Notes: generated by a model from the letters alone, not told the origin. 32,000 bases of DNA from Mesoplasma florum L1 (GCF_000008305.1 NC_006055.1:1-32000), one strand, 5' to 3'. Positions 24,875 through 32,000 are shown, counted from the stretch's first letter. Made by a program: numbers and translations.

Positions 24875-25738
24875 ATGGATTTACAAGTAAGGGCGATAAG
24901 CCATAAACATAACGCAAAAATAGCAATAGTAGATATTAGTGAAAGTATGAGAGAGATTTGTGATTTACAAAAAACAAATCCATTCATTAGTATTGCATTA
25001 TCAAAATTCACTTTAGGTAATACATTGATTTCTTTAGATAATAAAGAGCTTGCAAAAATTAATTCAAACTATGTTTCAAAAAATGGAGCAGTTAAAAAAA
25101 TGATTGCTGAATTTCAAAACAATAAAGTTAGAGCATATGCACAAGTTAAAGATTTTGATATAGAAGAATATATTCCTAGATTAAGTAATAATCCTGTTTA
25201 TGCCACCGTTGGTACTGAGGGACAATTATTAAATAGTAGAGATATGGGATTAAAAGAACCATATATTTCAACAATTAATACAGATTCTCCAAATATGGAT
25301 CATATTTGAATGGATTTTTTAAGAGATAGTAATCAAGTTGGTTCTCTTTTAACTAGTGAAGTTAAATTGGATGATGAATTAAAAATAAAAAAAGTTGTAG
25401 GTATATTAATTCAATTACTACCAGAACACACTCAAGAAGATATAGACTTGCTTGACTCAAAGTTAGGTAATACAAAATTTATTTGTGAAGTATTGATGAA
25501 ATCAACAAATTATAACCAGGTTATAAAAGAAATATTCGAAGATGCAGTTATATTAGAAAGCAAGCAAATTATTTTTGAGTGCACTTGCAATGATAATAAA
25601 ATATTAGATTCAGTAAAATTATTGGGACAAAATGAAATTCAGCAATTAATAGAGAATAAAGAAGATGTCCAAGTTATCTGTGATTTTTGTAACAAAGAAT
25701 ACATTGTAAATAATCAAAATCTTAAAAACTTAATATAA
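24875..25738 (+). CDS. hslO: Redox-regulated chaperone Hsp33
   Basis: RBS AGGAG precedes ATG 24875. Track ORFs 24875..25309 and 25310..25738 are contiguous across TGA 25307. The C-terminal zinc motif is C-x-C (FECTCN) plus C-x-x-C (ICDFCNKEY). Length is 287 aa. Confidence 0.9.
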
Positions 25739-25751
25739 AAATAACAATAGA

Positions 25752-25790
25752 TTGGCCTTTTATTTTGCCAAAAATCTTTTGTTTTTTTAT
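25752..25790 (+). terminator. Possible weak intrinsic terminator after hslO
   Basis: Short stems TTGGC/GCCAA and CAAAA/TTTTG followed by T7. The hairpins are weak and AU-rich. Confidence 0.35.
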
Positions 25791-25860
25791 TTAAATGTTA
25801 AAATTATTAAGATATTGTTTTAACATTTTATAAATTTTTAAGGAAAGAATAGGGATAATA

Positions 25861-27675
25861 ATGGCTAATAACAAAAAAAACACAAACACAAATACTTGAT
25901 CAAAAGCCACAAATACAAAGGCTGTTAATGCTCAAAAAGCTAATCAAGTTAAAAATGAATCAGCACATAATAAAGAAATAGTTGATAAATATAAAGAAGC
26001 TATCAATTCAACAAATAAAAACTCTAAACAACCAACTAAAAAAGTTGTTGAACCAAAAACTTCAACAGTTGTAGCAAATTCAAATACAAAAAAACCTTTA
26101 TCAAAAAGTGAAGAAAAATTAATTAATAAGATAAATGAAAAAGAATTAATAAAGCAAAAGATTGCTGAAGATAAAAAATTGAAAAAACAAAATAAAGCAG
26201 AAGCTAAAAGGATTTATCAAGAACAAATTAAACAAGAAAAAAACAGAATTTTATTGGAAAAACAAGAAAAAGATCTAAAACAAATACAAGAAGCGGAAGC
26301 AAAGGCCAAAAAAATGGAAGCTGAAAGAATAGCAGACGCTAAAAAATTAGCTCTTGAAGAAAAAGCGGCGAAGCAAGCAGAAAAAGCTCAAGCTAAAAAA
26401 ATGGAAGCTGAAAGAATAGCTTTAGAGAAAAAAGCTGCTGCAGAAAAAGCGAAAGCAGAAAAGCAAGCAGAAGCTGAAAGAATAGCAGCCGCTAAAAAAT
26501 TAGCTCTTGAAGAAAAAGAAAGAGAAAAATTAATTGAAGCTCAAAAATTAATTGAAGAGAAAAAAGCTGCAGAAAATGCTAAGAAAATTGAAGATGAAAA
26601 AATTCAAAAAGAATTAAAAACAAAAGCAGAATTTGAAGCAAAACAAAAAGAAACAGAAAATAAAAAAATAGCAAAAGAAGAGAGAACAAACATGGGACAA
26701 ACTCAAACTGAAAAAACACCTAAAGTAGGTAAAAATTCAAAAACTTCTGAAGCTAGAGAAATTCAAGTTTTTGAACCAACAGCAGAATCTGAAGCAAAAC
26801 GTGAATTTATTGAAATTGATCCTAAAACAAACTTTGATAAAGGTGTTAAAGGTTTAAAACAAAAAAATAAATATCAAAAACAGTTAACAAGCAAATATTC
26901 TAAAGATATTTTAAGTGAAGGTACTATTGTTACAACAACAAACTGTAAACCAAATACTTTAGAACATATTATTGAATTAAAAGATGTTAGAAAATCATAT
27001 ATTACAGGGGACTTAGAAACACCTATTTTAAAAGGTATTGATGTCAAATTAGATAAAGGTGATTTCATCGTTATCTTAGGACCATCAGGTTCTGGAAAAA
27101 CAACCTTCTTAAACGTTATCTCTGGATTAGATAAAGCAACTGAGGGTGATGTATTCATTTTAGGTTCAAACTTATCTTTATTAAAAGATTCACATTTAAC
27201 AAAATTTAGAAGAAGAAATGTAGGATTTATTTTCCAACAATATAACTTATTAACAAATTTAACTTCAAAAGAAAATGCTGAAGTTGGACAAAACCTTGCG
27301 AATAAAAATAAACAAGGAATGAGCATTGAAGAAATTTTTGAAACAATTGGAATGAAAGAACAAATGAATAAGTACCCTCATCAAATGTCAGGGGGGCAAC
27401 AACAAAGGGTTTCTATTGCTAGAGCTTTAGCTAAAAATCCTGAAATATTGTTTGCCGATGAGCCAACAGGTGCGTTAGATGAAGAAATGGGACGTAAAGT
27501 TTTAGAAATTTTAGTAAAAGTTAACCGTGAGCAAAAAACAACAGTTGTTGTAGTTACTCATAACCCTAACATTGCAAAAATAGCTAATACTGTAATTCAT
27601 ATTAAAAACGGATTAATTGACAGTTTAGAAAAAAACTCAAAACCTGCTGATCCAAAAACTATTGAATGATCATAA
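25861..27675 (+). CDS. ABC transporter ATP-binding protein (MacB/LolD/FtsE-like ATPase) with a long N-terminal Lys/Glu/Ala-rich extension
   Basis: ATG 25861 (RBS AAGGAAAG/AGGGA upstream) is in frame with track ORF 26179..27669, with one TGA at 25897. Walker A GPSGSGKTT, Q-loop FIFQQYNLL, signature MSGGQQQRVSIARAL and Walker B ILFADEPTGALD are present. The frame reads through TGA 27667 to TAA 27673-27675, giving 604 aa. The ABC domain starts near 26968. Confidence 0.88.
26308..26518 (+). repeat. In-frame near-identical DNA repeats inside the ABC ATPase N-terminal extension
   Basis: AAAAAAATGGAAGCTGAAAGAATAGC occurs at 26308 and 26395, 87 nt apart. GAAGCTGAAAGAATAGCAG(A/C)CGCTAAAAAATTAGCTCTTGAAGAAAAAG occurs at 26317 and 26470, 153 nt apart. 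Both spacings are multiples of 3. Confidence 0.85.
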
Positions 27676-27679
27676 AAAT

Positions 27680-27703
27680 GAACCTATAATGGTTCTTTTT
27701 TTT
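27680..27703 (+). terminator. Intrinsic terminator after the ABC ATPase gene
   Basis: GAACC-tataat-GGTTC followed by T8. Confidence 0.55.
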
Positions 27704-27724
27704 GTTTTTATCAATAATAAGTCT

Positions 27725-27730
27725 TATAAT
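27725..27730 (+). promoter_or_regulatory. Candidate -10 box (TATAAT) for the 706-aa lipoprotein gene
   Basis: TATAAT lies 36 nt upstream of ATG 27767 and after the preceding terminator. Confidence 0.3.
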
Positions 27731-27766
27731 TAAAATATTATATAAAAAGAAAGATGTTGAAATAAA

Positions 27767-29887
27767 ATGAAAAAACTATTATTAACACTATCATCTGTAC
27801 TTATAGTTGGAGGAGCCGCTGGTTCTGTTATTTCATGTGGTGTAAAGCCAGAAAAAGAAGTTGTCTTTGCCTTAATTGGTGGGTCAACAATGAGTGATAA
27901 TGACTTAGAAAAACTTAATGCATATAAAGAAATGGCTGATGAATTTAATAAAACACATTCCCAAGAAAATGGATTTGCTCCCATCAAGGTTGTCTGAAGA
28001 GATTCTAATTATCTTAATAATTCAGTTCTTTCTGGGGATAATTTACCTGACTTATATATATCTTATGTGGATGCTGCGTCAACATATCTTGAATCTACAG
28101 TTGCTGATCAAGTAAGAGATATGGAAGATTCTATGGGTGAAGAAGGTTTTACAAAGTTTACAAATGATTTAATAACACCAGCATTTATTAATGAGGGTAA
28201 ATATAAAGATACTCAAGTTGTTTTACCATTTGGTAAATCATTTGATATATCAGTTATTAATGTAAATTTATTGTTTGAATTTATGGGGCTATTTAAAAAT
28301 GCTGGAGTTGAAAAAAAACTAGAAGAGCTTAAAACAACATATGAAGCCTATAATATAAAAAGATCTGATGTTCTTGAGCAACAAACTGAAATGTCAGGAA
28401 CAAAAGTGTTTAAGGATAATTTAAAAATAGTAGGCTCAAACAATAATGAAATAAAATCAACAGAAAATGAAATTGTTTTAGAGGAAAGTAACTACAATTA
28501 TTTAATAAATCTTTTTACTAATGTGGAAAATAGTATTGAAGGTATTAAATCCATTTTTGCATCAACTGATAATGTTTTAGAATTGACAAAAGCAATGAAT
28601 CAAATAATTCAAAGTGATGGTTTAGATGTAACTATTAAAATTGATAATAATCAGTATGTAAAACCAAAAGAAAGATATAATTTTGCCTTTGGAATCGATT
28701 CTCTTGATAATAAATACTACATGGATTATGCATCAACTGATACTGGAACTGAAATTATTGATATTCAAAACAGTGAAGATTTTTGATATAAAGCAACTTA
28801 TGAAAATAAAAAAGCCAATATTGAATTGAATTCTAAATCTAAAAGCTTTAAGGATACATCAAAATACCTACAAGGTATGAAAGAAATTGCATTAAGCAAT
28901 AAAGGCCAAGAAAATAAGCTGACTTACTCTGAACAATGAAATGGAGTTTTCTCGACATCAAGATATGAACAGAATTCTCAGTCTAGAACATATATAACGC
29001 AAGATTTTACAAAAGGGACTATGTTTATGGGCGGTGCATCATCAGCAAATGATTTTTACTTTACTTCATCATGAACAAAAAAAGTAGATGTTTATAGGTC
29101 TCAAGAAACTTCGTCGGCAATAGCACAAGAAAATAAGAATGTAACTTACACGCCTGTTACTAGAGCAGATATTATAACAACATCCAAAACAAATGAGTCA
29201 AATCCACAAAAAGCTGTGTTTATGTCTCAAGGGAGAGGAATAGCTGGTTTTAAATCTAATGGTAGTAATGCTGCTCAAAAAGAAGAAAGTGTAAAAGGAT
29301 TTTTAAATTATATTATGCAGCCAATTCCTTCAGCAAGGTTTGCATTAAGAACAAGTTACATGCCAGCAACAAAATCAGGCATGTTAGTCTATGAAAATTA
29401 TTTAAATGGAAATTTCAATAATGCAAATGGAGAGCCTCAAAATCAAACAGAATTAGAAAAAGCAGTAAAAGAAATAGAACAAACGTATAATGGTAATGAA
29501 AAAATAACAGATTCAGAAATTAAGGAATTGGTTCCAAAATATTTTTATCAAATAATGACTAATGGTAAACCTGAATGAAAAGCCGGCATTAGTCCAGTTA
29601 ATACAGGATTTATAAATGATTATTTGAATCCAAAAATAGAAGATAATGATCCAAATATTAGTTTAGTTTCGTCAAAAGCAAATCCAGTGACTGATATAGT
29701 TAGAAGCGGTATTAAAAATTCAATAAATGGAACAAATACAATTATGGATTTAGCCAAAAAACCTAACATGAGTTTTTATGATTTATTAAGTGAAGCAAAA
29801 GATCCTAAAGACCCATCATATTTAACTTACTGATTAAGAAGAAATCAGGGTGATTTTTATCAAGAAATAAATATTAATCATAAATAA
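27767..29887 (+). CDS. Large surface lipoprotein with a solute-binding-protein-like (family 1 SBP) N-terminal region
   Basis: Signal peptide plus lipobox: MKKLLLTLSSVLIVGGAAGSVIS-C. SBP-like features: VVFALIGGS...LNAYKEMADEFNKTH and SGDNLPDLY. Five track fragments (27767, 28067, 29216, 29624 and the tail) share a frame, and I read the gaps by hand and found only TGA. Stop is TAA 29885-29887, giving 706 aa. Confidence 0.8.
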
Positions 29888-29918
29888 AAAATAATTCAAT
29901 AATAACTAACATTTATTT

Positions 29919-29946
29919 TTGAATTTTTAAATTGTATATTTATATA
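29919..29946 (+). promoter_or_regulatory. Candidate promoter of riboswitch cassette 1
   Basis: Two alternatives: TTGAAT (29919-29924) with a 16-nt spacer to TATATA (29941-29946), or TG-TATATT at 29933-29940. I cannot say from sequence which -10 is used. Confidence 0.4.
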
Positions 29947-29964
29947 GCAACTGAATATTAAGAA

Positions 29965-30090
29965 ACTTATACAGGGTAGCATAATGGGCTACTGACCCCG
30001 CCATGAAACCTATTTCATGACTATAGGTCTTTATAAACACTTTAATTAAAGTTTCTTTCAACATCAAAACTTGAAAGAAACTTTTTATTT
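29965..30090 (+). promoter_or_regulatory. Purine-riboswitch-family aptamer (guanine/2'-deoxyguanosine class) plus intrinsic-terminator expression platform, copy 1
   Basis: P1: CUUAUA (29966-71) pairs with UAUAGG (30022-27). P2: GUAGC-AUAAUGG-GCUAC. J2/3: UGACCCCGCC. P3: CAUGAAA-CCUA-UUUCAUG. A C sits at the specificity position in GA-C-UAUA. The terminator is AAAGTTTCTTTCAA (30048-61) / TTGAAAGAAACTTT (30071-84) followed by a T-run. The downstream gene starts at 30126. Confidence 0.85.
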
Positions 30091-30125
30091 AGTTGAATTT
30101 TTAATAAAAAGAAAGGAAAAACATA

Positions 30126-30965
30126 ATGAAAAAATTAATAGCAATTTTAGGGGCAGTTGGATTAACTGCTACAGGTTCAGCAAGTTTATTAGTTTCTTGC
30201 TCAACACCAGTTGAAAAAGATTTTTCTTCTGAAATAGGCAAAATGGTAAAAGATTACATAAAAATTGATCAGGGAACTATATATGAAGATTCAAATGAAA
30301 TTTATACAAAATTGAAATCGTTTAATAAAGAAATGGAATCTGAAATTTTAAAATTAAAAAATGTAGATGGAGTTTCAAAGTTTAATGAAAAAGAAGGAAC
30401 ATTTTCTGATCCTGATTCAAGCATTAAACCATCAAGCGCAGATGCGGTATGATTTCATTCAGTTTACACATCATCAAGTGTAAGCGAATTCTCAAATAAT
30501 AATGATTTTAATAAGTGAACAATTACTATTCAATACAGAACACCAGCAACTAATAAAACAACTGGTGAATTATATTGAGGAAAATATAATAAAACTTACA
30601 TAAATGATATTGAATTTTTTAAAGCTAAAAAACCTAATGCGATATTAAAAAACTCAGATGGAACAGAGCAATCAGAAAATTCTTTTACTCTTGTAGATAA
30701 TGAAGTAAAGATTAGAGTAGATAAAGGTTATAATAGAGAAAACATAATTCTTAATGGAAATGAAAAAATTACGGATATAAATATTTCACTTGATACTCAA
30801 TTATTTGAAGAACCTGAAATAAAATTAGGCAATGATAAATTCCCAACATATTTTGATTTAACACTTAAATTAAAACAGGGACAAACATTATCAGTAGACC
30901 AAAAAATATTTATTAAATTACCATCATTTCAAGATATTAAACTAATAATTAAAGCACAAAATTAA
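30126..30965 (+). CDS. Lipoprotein of unknown function (riboswitch cassette 1)
   Basis: RBS AAAGGA precedes ATG 30126. Signal peptide plus lipobox: MKKLIAILGAVGLTATGSASLLVS-C. I checked the frame codon by codon through TGA at 30450, 30516 and 30576 to TAA 30963-30965, giving 279 aa. I recognise no family. Confidence 0.85.
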
Positions 30966-30971
30966 TAACAG

Positions 30972-30980
30972 TGATATAAT
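30972..30980 (+). promoter_or_regulatory. Extended -10 promoter (TGaTATAAT) of riboswitch cassette 2
   Basis: TG at 30972-73 and TATAAT at 30975-80, starting 7 nt after the stop of the preceding lipoprotein gene and 24 nt before P1 of aptamer 2. Confidence 0.55.
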
Positions 30981-31004
30981 TTTGTTAACAACTTAATATG
31001 AAAA

Positions 31005-31104
31005 ACTTATACAGGGTAGCATATTGGGCTACTGTTCCGCCTCAAGACCAATCTTGAGACTATAAGTGTAAAGGTTTTTTGGTTATCAAAAAACCTTTTT
31101 TATT
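31005..31104 (+). promoter_or_regulatory. Purine-riboswitch-family aptamer plus intrinsic-terminator expression platform, copy 2 (variant J2/3)
   Basis: P1: ACUUAUA (31005-11) pairs perfectly with UAUAAGU (31061-67). P2: GUAGC-AUAUUGG-GCUAC. J2/3: UGUUCCGCC. P3: CUCAAGA-CCAA-UCUUGAG, which is fully compensatory relative to copy 1. The terminator is a perfect 12-bp stem AAAGGTTTTTTG (31070-81) / CAAAAAACCTTT (31087-98) followed by TTTTATT. Confidence 0.85.
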
Positions 31105-31148
31105 ATCTAAAGTTTTTCTTTAGGTTGTATTCAAAATTAGGGGGAAAT

Positions 31149-31826
31149 ATGAAAAAATTATTAGCAATTTTAGGAGCAGTTGGATTATCAGTAACAGGAG
31201 CTTCAATAGTAGTTTCTTGTGGTGGTAATGGTAATACTGATATTACAGATCCTGAAACAGGCTTAGTTGCATTATCAAAAATAAAAAATTTAACTTTAGA
31301 TTTAGGGGAAATTGGAGAAAACAGTTCGCTGAATATATCTAAAGCTTTTTTTGAAAAAAATGAATCTGTATTAAAAAAAGCTGTTGGAGATACATTAACT
31401 GCAAATATGTTTTATGTTTCAAAAATAACTTCAACTTCAGCAACAATTACAGGTAAAAATACTAACCAGGAATTATTAAGTCCATCTGCAGATTTTGCAG
31501 TAACAGTTAGTTTTACATCAGAAAGCGATGGAAGAATAGACTTAGCAAAATTAGAAGGTCTAGTTACAAGTAATTTAATTGTTAATAAAACAAAGTATCA
31601 AGGAACAGGAAATTATGACAAATCAAATGCTATTGCAGATGCATTAATAGAAGCAAATAAAGAACTACTAAAAGAAACAGTAGCAAAAGATTTTTATTTA
31701 TTAAAGTCTGATCTTGTTGAACCGTCAGACGGCAAACCTGGTGTAGCAAAATTAGAAGGTAGCACATCAAGTTTAAAAGTAAAAAGTGGTTCACCAGTAG
31801 AAATAACATTTACACTAAGCGAATAA
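31149..31826 (+). CDS. Lipoprotein of unknown function (riboswitch cassette 2)
   Basis: RBS AGGGGA precedes ATG 31149, which is internal to track ORF 31125..31826. Signal peptide plus lipobox: MKKLLAILGAVGLSVTGASIVVS-C. Length is 225 aa with no TGA. Confidence 0.85.
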   Translation: MKKLLAILGAVGLSVTGASIVVSCGGNGNTDITDPETGLVALSKIKNLTLDLGEIGENSSLNISKAFFEKNESVLKKAVGDTLTANMFYVSKITSTSATITGKNTNQELLSPSADFAVTVSFTSESDGRIDLAKLEGLVTSNLIVNKTKYQGTGNYDKSNAIADALIEANKELLKETVAKDFYLLKSDLVEPSDGKPGVAKLEGSTSSLKVKSGSPVEITFTLSE

Positions 31827-31831
31827 AACAA

Positions 31832-31858
31832 AAAATAGACATTGGTCTATTTTCTTTG
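31832..31858 (+). terminator. Intrinsic terminator after the cassette 2 lipoprotein
   Basis: AAAATAGAC-attg-GTCTATTTT followed by CTTTG. Confidence 0.6.
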
Positions 31859-31947
31859 TGACTCTTATTTAATTTGTATATATAATAATATCACAAAAAT
31901 TAACACTTAACATTGTATTTAGTTTTTATAAAAAATAAATAATATAT

Positions 31948-31953
31948 TATAAT
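31948..31953 (+). promoter_or_regulatory. Candidate -10 box (TATAAT) of riboswitch cassette 3
   Basis: TATAAT lies 22 nt upstream of the third ACTTATA P1-like leader, matching the spacing in cassette 2. Confidence 0.45.
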
Positions 31954-31975
31954 ATCTTTAACTTAATAAAAATTA

Positions 31976-32000
31976 ACTTATACATGATAACATATCGGGT
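31976..32000 (+). promoter_or_regulatory. 5' part of a third purine-riboswitch-like aptamer (truncated by the window end)
   Basis: ACTTATACATGATAACATATCGGGT shares the P1 5' strand ACUUAUAC and the upstream leader AACTTAATA..AACTTATACA with copies 1 and 2. The rest lies outside the window. Confidence 0.5.

Noticed and set aside
26308-26518. The direct repeats could be a CRISPR-like or non-coding tandem repeat array.
   Set aside because: The repeats are in frame inside a continuous ORF with an ABC ATPase domain downstream. Their spacings are multiples of 3 and irregular (87 and 153 nt), and there is no repeat-spacer regularity.
30041-30052. The perfect palindrome CTTTAATTAAAG between aptamer 1 and its terminator could be a separate regulatory site.
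   Set aside because: It is too short and A/T-rich to separate from chance, and it has no counterpart in cassette 2. It may simply be part of the expression-platform linker.

Overview
This is a very AT-rich, Mollicutes-type chromosomal origin region. Its gene content and riboswitch sequences resemble what I recall of Mesoplasma florum and related Entomoplasmatales. It must be read with genetic code 4 (TGA = Trp). Almost every real gene appears in the standard-code ORF track as 2-5 same-frame fragments separated only by TGA, and I joined these by hand-checking the frames.

Gene order:
- dnaA, starting at base 1.
- A dnaA-dnaN spacer carrying an inverted pair of DnaA boxes.
- dnaN.
- A divergent MreB/actin-fold protein whose nucleotide-binding motifs are degenerate.
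- rnmV, rsmA(ksgA), gyrB, gyrA.
- A beta-glucoside island: PTS EIIA-B-C, three GH1 phospho-beta-glucosidases, an RpiR regulator and a ROK kinase.
- A four-gene minus-strand block: mnmE, a YfcC-type transporter, an APC permease and serS.
- hslO.
- An orphan MacB/LolD-type ABC ATPase with an N-terminal Lys/Glu/Ala repeat extension of about 369 aa.
- A 706-aa lipoprotein resembling a solute-binding protein.
- A tandem array of cassettes, each made of a promoter, a purine-riboswitch-like aptamer, an intrinsic terminator and a lipoprotein gene. Two cassettes are complete and a third is cut by the window end.

I saw no rRNA, tRNA, CRISPR array, IS element or prophage.

The features most worth follow-up are the riboswitch-gated lipoprotein array, the degenerate MreB-like protein next to oriC, the ABC ATPase with its repeat extension, and a perfect 15-bp palindrome over the PTS promoter. 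All calls come from reading the sequence by eye. No database search or folding program was run.
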